This document shows, piece after piece, positions 40,039 through 49,236 of a stretch of 64,000 nt of DNA. Origin of the DNA: Bacteroidota bacterium (GTDB taxonomy: Bacteria; Bacteroidota; Bacteroidia; Bacteroidales; GWA2-32-17). Positions within the stretch are counted from its first letter, which is position 1, and each line of letters starts with the position of its first letter. The notes below the pieces were generated by a model. That model did no database searches and was not told the DNA's origin. It saw only the letters and a list, made by a program, of their open reading frames with translations. The stretch lies in the NCBI GenBank assembly GCA_037441645.1, contig JBBIRU010000012.1:86863-150862 (forward strand), written 5' to 3'. The position numbers and the translations under genes are program-made.

Positions 40039-40638
40039 TCAAAAAGTAATTCTTAGCTTTAAAACAGGAACCGGACCCGCCATTGGAACATCTTCCGAAG
40101 CAGGGCTAATCCTCAGGCTGATGTCATCACTGATGTCGAAATCATACAGGTTAGCATCCACATTGGCATCTATAATATTTAACAGGTAAAAACCTACGGT
40201 AAAAATAGAAAACATATCACGGTAACGACGGTAATAGTTTTTTCCGGCATCTAAACCATCGAGATTATAGTCAACTCCAAACATGAAAACGGTAGAATCT
40301 CTATTACCGGAATTATACAATTCGGAATAGGCATTTTTAAATTTATTGTAATAGTTTCCGTTTCTGTATGCAAAATATCCCAAAGTACCAAGACCAACAT
40401 ATATTACAGGAATTTTCCAGTATTTTTTATTGTACGCCTGTCCTGCCCCCGGAACAACTGTAGACATAAGCATAGCCAGTTTCGGACTATGTTTTTTCTT
40501 TTTAACAGTATCTTCCTGCTGGGTTTCTGTTTGTGCAGTAACAATGTTAGGAGAAAGCGCCAGGAAAATTAAAAGTAAACCTAAGCTGATGGTTAAGCCC
40601 GGAATTCTTTTATTTTTTTTTATCTTACAACTTACCAA
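40039..40638 (-). CDS. DUF5683 domain-containing protein
   Basis: The VVPGAGQAYNKKYWKIPVIYVGLG motif, and a position immediately downstream of parB as is usual in Bacteroidota. Confidence 0.7.
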   Translation of the reverse strand: MVSCKIKKNKRIPGLTISLGLLLIFLALSPNIVTAQTETQQEDTVKKKKHSPKLAMLMSTVVPGAGQAYNKKYWKIPVIYVGLGTLGYFAYRNGNYYNKFKNAYSELYNSGNRDSTVFMFGVDYNLDGLDAGKNYYRRYRDMFSIFTVGFYLLNIIDANVDANLYDFDISDDISLRISPASEDVPMAGPVPVLKLRITF

Positions 40639-40642
40639 TGTA

Positions 40643-41506
40643 TTACTTCTTAGTTAACTTTGTTAAAAGCATATTATATTCATCTTCATTCTCAAAAAGA
40701 AGAATTATTTTGCCTTTCCCGTCAGCATTCTTTTTTATATCAGCTTTACATTCCATTTTTTTACTGATACTTTCTTTGGCCTTCCTTATTTCTGCAGAAA
40801 TTTTGCTGCGTTTTGTAGAAATTTTGGCCGTTTCGTTTGATAATTCCCTTACAATATCTTCCACTTTGCGAACAGAAAAATCGTAACGAAGTATCTCATG
40901 AAAAATCATAATCTGGGTTTCAGGATCTTCCACATTTATTAATGCCCTGGCATGTCCCATACTGATTTTTCTCTGCTTAATACCCATCTGGATTTCGGCA
41001 GGAAGTTTTAAAAGGCGGAGGTAATTAGTTATTGTTGAACGTTGTTTTCCAACCCTGTCGCTGAGTTTTTCCTGGGTAAGCTTACATTCATCGATCAAAC
41101 GATCATAACTTAAAGCGATTTCTATAGCATCGAGATCTTCGCGCTGAATATTTTCGACAAGTGCCATTTCGAGCATTCCCTGGTCATCAGCTTCACGGAT
41201 ATAAGCCGGAATTTCTTCCAGGCCAGCCAGTTTTGATGCCCTGAATCTCCGTTCGCCTGAAATTAACTGAAACTTATCTTCATCAATCTTACGAACAGTG
41301 ATAGGTTGAATTACACCATATACTTTAATAGATTCGGCCAAAGAAAGAATTGCTTCTTCGTCGAAGGTTGAGCGGGGCTGGAATGGGTTACATACAATCT
41401 TTTCAATTTGTATCTGGTTGTTTGTGCTGAATTCTGTACGCTGTGTTTGTGCATCTTCTATGAGTGCGCCCAATCCGCGTCCCAGCACGTTCTTCTTTCC
41501 GATCAT
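40643..41506 (-). CDS. parB: Chromosome partitioning protein ParB
   Basis: GLGRGLGALI, NPFQPR, QPITVR...LISGERRFRA, HTH region. Confidence 0.9.
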   Translation of the reverse strand: MIGKKNVLGRGLGALIEDAQTQRTEFSTNNQIQIEKIVCNPFQPRSTFDEEAILSLAESIKVYGVIQPITVRKIDEDKFQLISGERRFRASKLAGLEEIPAYIREADDQGMLEMALVENIQREDLDAIEIALSYDRLIDECKLTQEKLSDRVGKQRSTITNYLRLLKLPAEIQMGIKQRKISMGHARALINVEDPETQIMIFHEILRYDFSVRKVEDIVRELSNETAKISTKRSKISAEIRKAKESISKKMECKADIKKNADGKGKIILLFENEDEYNMLLTKLTKK

Positions 41507-41509
41507 GGG

Positions 41510-42310
41510 TTATTCGAGTATTTTTTCTGAGTTTTTAATTTTTGTCATTTCATTTTTTTGCATCACCTCGCGGGCAAGGTTCAGGTAACTTACCGAACCA
41601 CTTGAACTGGCATCATAAAGCAATACCGGTTTTCCATAACTGGGAGCTTCGCCCAGTTTAACATTTCTTGGAATTAATGTATCAAAAACCATTGTCTGAA
41701 AATGCTTTTTAACCTCTTCAACCACCTGGTTAGACAAGTTAAGACGGGAATCAAACATGGTTAACAAAAAGCCTTCTATTTCCAGTTCGGGATTCAGCCT
41801 GCTTTGAATAATCTTAATGGTATTGAGTAGTTTTCCCAAACCCTCCAAAGCAAAATATTCACATTGCACGGGAATAATAACAGAATTGGCAGCAGAAAGT
41901 GCATTTACGGTTATCAAACCCAGCGATGGTGAACAGTCGATAAAAACAAAGTCGTAATCGTTTTTCACTTTTTCGATTACCATTTTCATCATTTTTTCGC
42001 GGTTAGGTTGGTTAAGCATCTCTATTTCAGCTCCCACCAGATCGATATGAGAAGGAAGAATATGCAGCCCTTTTATTTCAGTTTCGAGAATGATATTCTT
42101 AGGATTTACATCATCAATAATACATTCATATATACTGGTTTTAATATTCTTCACATCGAAACCTGTCCCCGATGTAGCATTGGCCTGGGGGTCGGCATCT
42201 ACTATAAGAACCTTCTTTTCGAGAACAGCCAGGCTGGCTGCTAAATTAATAGCTGTTGTAGTCTTACCCACTCCACCTTTTTGATTTGCTAAAGCAATAA
42301 CTTTTGCCAT
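41510..42310 (-). CDS. parA: Chromosome partitioning ATPase ParA/Soj
   Basis: Deviant Walker A NQKGGVGKTTTAINLA, followed by VLIVDADPQANAT. Confidence 0.9.
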   Translation of the reverse strand: MAKVIALANQKGGVGKTTTAINLAASLAVLEKKVLIVDADPQANATSGTGFDVKNIKTSIYECIIDDVNPKNIILETEIKGLHILPSHIDLVGAEIEMLNQPNREKMMKMVIEKVKNDYDFVFIDCSPSLGLITVNALSAANSVIIPVQCEYFALEGLGKLLNTIKIIQSRLNPELEIEGFLLTMFDSRLNLSNQVVEEVKKHFQTMVFDTLIPRNVKLGEAPSYGKPVLLYDASSSGSVSYLNLAREVMQKNEMTKIKNSEKILE

Positions 42311-42594
42311 GTACGTTGTTTGATTTTTATTTATTTCAGGTTACAAAAATAAACCGAATAAACCGACTATGATTATTTTACCTCTCCTTGTTTTTCAACA
42401 AAATGAATGACTGTGTTAATAAGTTTTCATGTATATGTCTAACATAGTTACACTTAAGCGTTATAAACAAATTTTTGCCTTATGCCTTTTTATGAGTTTC
42501 CGGAGTTTTTTCAGAAATATTTTGTTTGCCGGGTTTAAAACCGGATAATACATATTTATTATTTTTTTAACTTTCCATACTAAAATTTACCATT

Positions 42595-43050
42595 ATGACT
42601 TCCCAAGCAAAAACCGTAACAGAGTACGTAGATTCATTGCCAGACGACAGAAAACAAGCTCTTACCGAACTTCGTAATGTAATCTTGAAAAATCTGCCAA
42701 AAGGATTTTCAGAAGGAATGTATTATGGAATGCCGGGTTATGCCGTTCCCCATTCTTTGTATCCCAAAGGATATCATACCGATCCCAGACAACCCCTGCC
42801 CTTTATTAGCATGGCATCTCAGAAAAATCATATTGCTTTCTATCATATGGGGCTTTATAGCAATGAGAAACTACATAAATGGTTTATCGGGCAATGGCCA
42901 AAATATTCTTCTAAAAAACCCGATATGGGCAAAAGTTGTCTCCGGTTTAAAACAACCGGGGATATACCATTTCTTCTTATCGGTGAACTGATTTCTAAGA
43001 TAACACCGGAAGACTGGATTAAAACTTATGAGGAGAATATAAAAAAATAG
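42595..43050 (+). CDS. DUF1801 (YdhG-like) domain protein
   Basis: The pattern KTVTEYVDSLPDDRKQALTELRNVI...HIAFYHMG is typical of DUF1801. Confidence 0.65.
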   Translation: MTSQAKTVTEYVDSLPDDRKQALTELRNVILKNLPKGFSEGMYYGMPGYAVPHSLYPKGYHTDPRQPLPFISMASQKNHIAFYHMGLYSNEKLHKWFIGQWPKYSSKKPDMGKSCLRFKTTGDIPFLLIGELISKITPEDWIKTYEENIKK

Positions 43051-43075
43051 TCAGGCTGAGCGGAGTCGAAGACTG
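43050..43075. repeat. Half copy of a short palindromic intergenic repeat family (core CTGAGCGnAGTCGAAG)
   Basis: GTCAGGCTGAGCGGAGTCGAAGACTG. Its 16-nt core at 43056..43071 matches 48625..48640 at 15 of 16 positions. Confidence 0.55.
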
Positions 43076-43196
43076 AATTAATTTAGGTTCTTAAAAGTTA
43101 AAAAACATTTTTATTTGAACGGTTTTGTTTTCCGTATTGAAAAAAATATATATTTGCTTCTCAAATAACCCAAATTTTAATCTGAAACAATAATTT

Positions 43197-44525
43197 ATGG
43201 CATTTTTCAGCAAAATCTTCGGCAACGATGAAAAAACCGTTACCGAAAACAATCCCGTCCGGGCAACAAAGCGCTTCGGAAGATTTTCCGACTGTAACAA
43301 AAGTAAAGAACAACTTGATTACTGGAGCAGATCAACCGCCGCTTTTAAAGACAAAAATTATCCTGAAGCCTGGAAATGTTTTTTCGAATATATTGGCGAC
43401 CGTGCCTCGCAGAATGTAAAATACACTATTGATGGCGATAAAATAAATTTTGAAATAATACAAGGCTCGAAAGTTGTCAGAGGTACTGCTGACAATCATG
43501 CCGTTTCTGCCAAAGTTGACCTTGTGAAGTTTGATAAGCCCAGCGTTCCTGTTATGAGGAAAATGCTTGTCATAAATTATAATTTAAGGTATAGCTCCAT
43601 TTGTATTCAAAATAATTTGCTAACCATTAAATTTTCATCGGCAGCAGTTAACGCCAACCCCTCTAAATTATATTATGCCTTAAAAGAGATAGGTACCACT
43701 GCCGACAAACAGGATGATTTGTTATCACAGGAATTTTCTTCGGTGCACATGGTCGACAGTCAGCATATTGAACATTTTCCTGAAAATGAAAAAGAAATTT
43801 TATACAAATATTTCTGCTTCTGGATTGATGATACCTTAAAAAAGATTTCAACGCTGGACGAAGATAAAATGGCCGGCGCTATTTCATTTTACCTTCTCGA
43901 CCTTGCCTTAAAACTGGATTATCTTCTTGTTCCCGAAGGGAAAGTTACCGAGGCTCTCGAACGTATTATGCAAACCTATTTTAATACACAAGCCGGTTCG
44001 TTCGAAAGAAATAACATTATAAGACCCGAATTTGAAAAATTAAGGAATCTTCCCAAAGAACAGGTTACCGGTAGCTTCTATAAAACCAAAGCAACATTCG
44101 GAGTTCCTACAGCTATTGATTACAAAACCGTAGCCGATTTTATTTATGATGAATCGGGCAAAACCGACTGGTATGCGAAAGAGAACATGCCCGATGTGGT
44201 AAATGCAATTTATGAATATATGACCGGTTATTCGCTGTTCTACTGGGGAATGTTTAAACCCTTACAGGAACTTTTCGAATTATATATGCACATTTCCAAT
44301 AATGCTTTTTACAAAGAAATGGGATTCCCCCAGGAATTTATTAATCCTGCCAACGGATTACCCATAAGGGACAATATTGTTAAAGCGATCAGGGATATAG
44401 AATCGTGTAACAAAGCCGATTACCCGCAATTCACCCTGGCCGTCGAAAATCTCAGGTTTGAGACCCTGGCCGATTTTTCCTTTACTTTCTTTAAAGAATT
44501 CGATTTTTTAAATTTTTCAAAATAG
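43197..44525 (+). CDS. Hypothetical cytoplasmic protein, possibly a YbjN/T3SS-chaperone-like N-terminal fold plus a helical domain
   Basis: 442-aa ORF with no signal peptide. The segment INFEIIQGSKVVRGTADNHAVSAKVDLVKF...MLVINYNLRYSSICIQNNLLTIKFS resembles the YbjN family. Assignment is tentative. Confidence 0.6.
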   Translation: MAFFSKIFGNDEKTVTENNPVRATKRFGRFSDCNKSKEQLDYWSRSTAAFKDKNYPEAWKCFFEYIGDRASQNVKYTIDGDKINFEIIQGSKVVRGTADNHAVSAKVDLVKFDKPSVPVMRKMLVINYNLRYSSICIQNNLLTIKFSSAAVNANPSKLYYALKEIGTTADKQDDLLSQEFSSVHMVDSQHIEHFPENEKEILYKYFCFWIDDTLKKISTLDEDKMAGAISFYLLDLALKLDYLLVPEGKVTEALERIMQTYFNTQAGSFERNNIIRPEFEKLRNLPKEQVTGSFYKTKATFGVPTAIDYKTVADFIYDESGKTDWYAKENMPDVVNAIYEYMTGYSLFYWGMFKPLQELFELYMHISNNAFYKEMGFPQEFINPANGLPIRDNIVKAIRDIESCNKADYPQFTLAVENLRFETLADFSFTFFKEFDFLNFSK

Positions 44526-44531
44526 ACTCAT

Positions 44532-45614
44532 ATGGATAACATTATAAAAGAATACAGGGATGTAATTATTCAGATAATAACCCCTTTTGGTAGCGGCAGC
44601 GGTTTTTACTTAAAAAGCCATAACCTGATTGTTACAAATTCACATGTTGTTTCGGGATGTCTTGAAGTCGTAATTAAGGGAACACATTTTCCAAAAGCTG
44701 TAAGCAAAGTATTATTTTCCGATGCCAAATACGATATTGCTCTTGTTGAACCTCCTTTAGGGATTGAACTTCCGGTAGAAGAACTGAATCAGGCTGATGT
44801 TTTTGCCGGCGAGCAGATACTTGCCATTGGCCACCCTCTTGGTTTAACCTACACAGCAACACAAGGTATAGTATCGAAAGAAGAAAGAATTTTCGATGGT
44901 ATTAAATACATACAGATTGATGCAGCCATCAATCCCGGCAACAGCGGAGGCCCGCTTATTAATAACGGCGGAAAAATAGTAGGCATAAATACATTTATTT
45001 TCCGCGATGGTGAAAGTTTAGGATTTGCTGTTCCGGTTAAATACATTAACCAGGCCCTCGCTGATTACGAAAAAGTAAAAGGACAGTTTGCCATACGTTG
45101 TACTTCCTGCACAAACGTTGTTACCGAAAGTTCTCTGGAAGACGGATACTGTCCTTCCTGCGGCAACAAAATTGATAACAAATTGTTTCATCCCGAACCC
45201 TACAGGGCAGCCGGTATTGCAAAAACAATCGAAAACATCATAACCCAACTGGGCAAAGATGTCCGGCTTACGCGTATGGGAGCGAATTCGTGGCATGTAA
45301 ACGAGGGCAGTGCATTAATTAAAATATTTTACGACCAGAAAACCAATTTTATTTTCTGCGATGCCATGCTTTGCCAGTTGCCCAAAGAAAACATCGGACC
45401 TTTATATGAGTTTGTTTTACGGGAAAACGCCGGTCTCGAAAATATTTCGTTCAGTATTTTTAACCAGAACATTGTTCTGGGATCTGTTGTATTTTCCGAT
45501 GACCTGGCAGAAGAAACAGGGATAAAACTATTTAAAACCCTCTTCGAAAAGGCCGATTATTACGACGATACTTTAATAAATAAATTTGCTGCAGCAGCAA
45601 TAGAAGAAGATTAA
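44532..45614 (+). CDS. Cytoplasmic trypsin-like (S1/S1C) serine protease with a Zn-ribbon and a YbjN-like C-terminal domain
   Basis: Triad context TNSHVV (His), KYDIALVE (Asp), INPGNSGGPLIN (Ser); CTSCTNVV...CPSCGNKI zinc ribbon; no signal peptide. Confidence 0.75.
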   Translation: MDNIIKEYRDVIIQIITPFGSGSGFYLKSHNLIVTNSHVVSGCLEVVIKGTHFPKAVSKVLFSDAKYDIALVEPPLGIELPVEELNQADVFAGEQILAIGHPLGLTYTATQGIVSKEERIFDGIKYIQIDAAINPGNSGGPLINNGGKIVGINTFIFRDGESLGFAVPVKYINQALADYEKVKGQFAIRCTSCTNVVTESSLEDGYCPSCGNKIDNKLFHPEPYRAAGIAKTIENIITQLGKDVRLTRMGANSWHVNEGSALIKIFYDQKTNFIFCDAMLCQLPKENIGPLYEFVLRENAGLENISFSIFNQNIVLGSVVFSDDLAEETGIKLFKTLFEKADYYDDTLINKFAAAAIEED

Positions 45615-45642
45615 AACATTCAGAAAATTTAATCATTAAAAT

Positions 45643-45680
45643 AAAATGGACATTGATACTAACAGCGTCCATTTTTATTT
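45643..45680 (+). terminator. Rho-independent terminator candidate downstream of the protease gene
   Basis: AAAATGGAC-(15 nt loop)-GTCCATTTT, followed by TATTT. Confidence 0.45.
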
Positions 45681-45863
45681 ATCCAATTTTAATTATTAAG
45701 TATAGCTAAAATGTCTATAATGGCATAAAAAGCTATATTTTAATAAAATACATTATAACTTTAGACATCAATGTTAATATTTATAAAATAAATTAGAATT
45801 ATTCCAAATAACTATGTTTTTTCTTTTTAAAATGATTATTTTTACGATAGAAATTCATTTCTT

Positions 45864-46244
45864 ATGTGTCTCGCAAACGTATATACTCCGATTGATTATT
45901 TACCCATTATGATTCAGTCATTCGTGGTGTTGGGTTTTGTCGTAACTACCATGGTAGCTACCCATTTATTGGGCCCCAAAAGAAAAACAAAACAAAAACT
46001 CGAAAATTTTGAATGCGGAATAGAAGGAATGGGAAATGCCCGCAGTCCTTTCTCTGTAAAATATTTTGTCATCGCTATTCTCTTTGTTTTGTTCGATGTG
46101 GAGGTGATCTTCTTATATCCCTGGGCAGTTAATTTTAAAGAATTAGGAATACAGGGCTTCATAGGAATAATTTCATTTTCCGCACTATTGTTATCCGGAT
46201 TTGGTTATTTGTTGTTAAAAGGAGCTTTTGACTGGGAAAAATAA
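45864..46244 (+). CDS. nuoA: NADH-quinone oxidoreductase subunit A
   Basis: DYLPIMIQSFVVLGF...LGPKRKTKQKLENFECGIE...FDVEVIFLYPWA. Confidence 0.85.
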   Translation: MCLANVYTPIDYLPIMIQSFVVLGFVVTTMVATHLLGPKRKTKQKLENFECGIEGMGNARSPFSVKYFVIAILFVLFDVEVIFLYPWAVNFKELGIQGFIGIISFSALLLSGFGYLLLKGAFDWEK

Positions 46245-46251
46245 AAATGAC

Positions 46252-46797
46252 ATGCCTGAAAAGATAAACTATACAGAAGCACCGGAAGGAGTTACAGGAC
46301 ATGGTTATTTTGCCACCACGTTTCAGAAAGCTGTGGGATTAGCCCGTAAAAATTCTATCTGGCCGCTTCCTTTTGCTACTTCCTGCTGCGGTATTGAATT
46401 TATGGCAACCATGGGCGCACATTATGATCTGGCAAGATTTGGTTCCGAACGTCTTAGTTTTTCTCCCCGTCAGAGTGATTTGTTAATGGTAATGGGAACC
46501 GTAGCAAAAAAAATGGGACCCGTTTTAAAGGAAGTTTATATGCAGATGGCCGAACCCCGCTGGGTAATTGCTGTGGGTGCCTGTGCATCGAGCGGTGGAA
46601 TTTTCGATACCTACTCTGTGATGCAGGGAATTGACAGGGTTATTCCGGTGGATGTTTATGTCCCCGGATGTCCTCCGCGGCCAGAACAAATAATCCATGG
46701 AATCCTGAAAATTCAGGATTTGATCGGAAGTGAGAGTTTGCGCAGAAGATATACCGAAGAATATAAGAAACTTTTAAATTCGTACGGAATAGATTAA
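46252..46797 (+). CDS. nuoB: NADH-quinone oxidoreductase subunit B
   Basis: WPLPFATSCCGIEFMA...GACASSGG...PGCPPRP (N2 cluster ligands). I prefer the ATG start at 46252 over the upstream TTG at 46228. Confidence 0.9.
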   Translation: MPEKINYTEAPEGVTGHGYFATTFQKAVGLARKNSIWPLPFATSCCGIEFMATMGAHYDLARFGSERLSFSPRQSDLLMVMGTVAKKMGPVLKEVYMQMAEPRWVIAVGACASSGGIFDTYSVMQGIDRVIPVDVYVPGCPPRPEQIIHGILKIQDLIGSESLRRRYTEEYKKLLNSYGID

Positions 46798-46799
46798 TT

Positions 46800-47312
46800 A
46801 TGTTCGTTGTTAATAACAATATTGTAGAATCACTGAAAATTAAGCTGGATAATCAGTTTGGCTCAGATATTTCTTCATTTGAAATAATTAAAGATATTCC
46901 AACTTTTACCATAGCCAGAAACCGAATTGTAGAACTGCTCCGTTTCTTATATAAAGATAATGAACTTCAGTTCCGCTTTCTCACAACGCTTTGCGGGATG
47001 CATTTCCCCGACTCAGAACAACAGTTTGGAGTAGTGTATCATTTACACAGTTTTAAAAATAATTTACGTATCAGAATAAAATCATTCACCTCTGGCAACA
47101 ATCCTGAATTTCCTACAGCCACAGTTGTTTTCAGAGCTGCCAACTGGATGGAAAGAGAAGCCTGGGATTTTTTTGGGATAAAATTTTCCTGTCATCCCAA
47201 CCTGAAACGGATTTTAAATATGGAAGACATCGATTTCTTCCCCATGAGAAAAGATTATCCTTTGGAAGATCAGACAAGAGAAGACAAAAATGATTCAATG
47301 TTTGGAAGATAA
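46800..47312 (+). CDS. nuoC: NADH-quinone oxidoreductase subunit C
   Basis: ANWMEREAWDFFGIKFSCHPNLKRIL motif. Confidence 0.85.
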   Translation: MFVVNNNIVESLKIKLDNQFGSDISSFEIIKDIPTFTIARNRIVELLRFLYKDNELQFRFLTTLCGMHFPDSEQQFGVVYHLHSFKNNLRIRIKSFTSGNNPEFPTATVVFRAANWMEREAWDFFGIKFSCHPNLKRILNMEDIDFFPMRKDYPLEDQTREDKNDSMFGR

Positions 47313-47314
47313 GT

Positions 47315-48556
47315 ATGGAAAACCTGGAAGAAGATATCAGTAAATATATTGATCCTGCTGACATAGCCCACGAGGAGCACAAGGAGTATATTACTCTTAA
47401 CCTTGGCCCTACGCATCCTGCAACCCATGGTGTTTTCCAGAATATTCTCACCATGGACGGCGAATTCATTGAACATACGGAACAAACTATAGGATATATT
47501 CACCGGGCTTTTGAAAAAATTGCAGAACACAGGCCTTTTTACCAGATAACACCCTTGCTCGACCGCATGAATTACTGTTCCTCACCCATTAACAACATGG
47601 GTTGGCACATGACTGTGGAAAAGCTTCTCGATATTGAGTTACCAAAAAGAGTGGAATATCTTCGGATTATTGTTATGGAACTGGCCAGAATATCTGATCA
47701 CCTGATTTGCAATTCTGTTATTGGTGTTGATAGCGGAGCTTTGACCGGTTTTGTTTATCTTTTCGAGAAACGTGAGGAAATTTACGAAATATACGAAGAA
47801 ATCTGTGGCACACGATTAACAACTAATATGGGTCGTGTGGGTGGTTTCGAAAGGAACTTCAGCGATCTGGCCTGGATTAAAATCAAGAAATTCCTGAAAG
47901 AATTTCCTGTGGTATTAAAAGAATTTGAGAGTCTGTTGTTACGAAACCGGATTTTCATGAACCGAACTATAGGTGTTGGTCCTATTGCAGGCGACAAAGC
48001 ATTAAATTATGGCTTTACTGGCCCAAACCTAAGAGCTGCGGGCATTGATTATGATGTACGTGTAATGAACCCTTACAGTTCCTATGAAGATTTTGATTTC
48101 GATATCCCTGTGGGTACGCAAGGCGACACATACGACCGCTTTACCGTTCGGGGAGAAGAAATGTGGCAGAGTTTGAGAATCATACAGCAGGCAATGGACA
48201 AACTTGAAAAGATGGAGGATAAATCTACTTTCCAGGCAAATTACCCGAATGTAGTTCTTCCAAAAAAGGAACTGGTTTATAACAATATGGAAGCATTAAT
48301 CTATCATTTTAAAATTGTGATGGGTGAAATTGATGCTCCCAAAGGAGAAATCTATCACTGTGTGGAAGGAGGAAACGGAGAACTGGGTTTTTATCTGGTA
48401 AGCGATGGCGGACGCACACCTTATCGTTTGCACTTCAGAAGACCTTGTTTTGTTTATTATCAGGCTTTTCCTGAAATGATTAAAGGCAATATGTTATCTG
48501 ATGCAATTTTAACTATGAGTAGCATGAATGTAATAGCAGGAGAATTGGATGCTTGA
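47315..48556 (+). CDS. nuoD: NADH-quinone oxidoreductase subunit D
   Basis: LNLGPTHPATHGV...RMNYCS...EGGNGELGFYLVSDG...RLHFRRPCF. Confidence 0.9.
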   Translation: MENLEEDISKYIDPADIAHEEHKEYITLNLGPTHPATHGVFQNILTMDGEFIEHTEQTIGYIHRAFEKIAEHRPFYQITPLLDRMNYCSSPINNMGWHMTVEKLLDIELPKRVEYLRIIVMELARISDHLICNSVIGVDSGALTGFVYLFEKREEIYEIYEEICGTRLTTNMGRVGGFERNFSDLAWIKIKKFLKEFPVVLKEFESLLLRNRIFMNRTIGVGPIAGDKALNYGFTGPNLRAAGIDYDVRVMNPYSSYEDFDFDIPVGTQGDTYDRFTVRGEEMWQSLRIIQQAMDKLEKMEDKSTFQANYPNVVLPKKELVYNNMEALIYHFKIVMGEIDAPKGEIYHCVEGGNGELGFYLVSDGGRTPYRLHFRRPCFVYYQAFPEMIKGNMLSDAILTMSSMNVIAGELDA

Positions 48557-48618
48557 TAAGGAGGGAAAAAGGTTATAAGGTATAAGGAAATATGGAAAAA
48601 GAAAAAATAATTAACATC

Positions 48619-48671
48619 GTCACACTGAGCGTAGTCGAAGTGTGGCCTATTTCGACTTCGCTCAACATGAC
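48619..48671. repeat. Full palindromic copy of the CTGAGCGnAGTCGAAG repeat family, inserted between nuoD and nuoE
   Basis: The left arm GTCACACTGAGCGTAGTCGAA (48619..48639) and right arm TTCGACTTCGCTCAACATGAC (48651..48671) are complementary at 17 of 21 positions. The element is flanked by AATTAAC (48609..48615) and GTTAGAA (48686..48692). Confidence 0.6.
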
Positions 48672-48691
48672 CACTTATTTATAATGTTAGA

Positions 48692-49225
48692 ATGAATATT
48701 GAAAACAAAATACAATTCTCAGAAGCAACCCTTGTACTTATAAGCAGGATTATCTCGCATTACCCTGAAGGAAAACAGAAGTCGGCGCTTTTGCCTGTGT
48801 TACATATTGCACAAGCTGAGTTCGGCGGATGGCTTTCGGTTCCGGTAATGGATTATGTTGCATCCATTCTTAACATTTTGCCCATTGAGGTGTATGAAGT
48901 TGCCACCTTCTATTCAATGTATAATACAAAACCCGTTGGCAATTGTGTTATTGAAGTGTGCAGAACCGGACCTTGCTGGTTATGCGGAGCAGAAGATATT
49001 ATTTCCCATCTGGAAAATAAACTTCATATTAAAGCAGGTGAAACAACTCCAGATGGTAAATTCACTATTAAACTTGTGGAATGTCTGGCTGATTGCGGAA
49101 ATGCACCGGTCATTCAGGTGGGCTGGGATTATCTCGGCAACATGAACAAAGAAAAAGTAGATGCATTGTTAGCTGATTTTGAAAAGAAAAATAAAGTAAG
49201 TCATAAAAATCCTTACGAAATATAA
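48692..49225 (+). CDS. nuoE: NADH-quinone oxidoreductase subunit E
   Basis: ALLPVLHIAQAEFGGWL...VCRTGPCWLCGA...VECLADCGNAP (2Fe-2S ligands). Confidence 0.9.
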   Translation: MNIENKIQFSEATLVLISRIISHYPEGKQKSALLPVLHIAQAEFGGWLSVPVMDYVASILNILPIEVYEVATFYSMYNTKPVGNCVIEVCRTGPCWLCGAEDIISHLENKLHIKAGETTPDGKFTIKLVECLADCGNAPVIQVGWDYLGNMNKEKVDALLADFEKKNKVSHKNPYEI

Positions 49226-49236
49226 CAATTTGAAAA

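Noticed and set aside
40638-40886. 82-aa + strand ORF overlapping the parB 3' region
   Set aside because: It is antisense to the well-supported parB and has a Ser/Phe/Leu-rich composition typical of shadow frames in AT-rich DNA.
42311-42594. 284-bp AT-rich intergenic region upstream of parA as a possible oriC
   Set aside because: I could not find TTATCCACA-like DnaA boxes or a dnaA gene nearby. It is probably just divergent promoters.
48593-48682. 29-codon ORF (MEKEKIINIVTLSVVEVWPISTSLNMTTYL) in the nuoD-nuoE spacer
   Set aside because: It is a translation of the palindromic repeat element. This is the mis-call pattern I recall for such elements, and there is no independent coding evidence.
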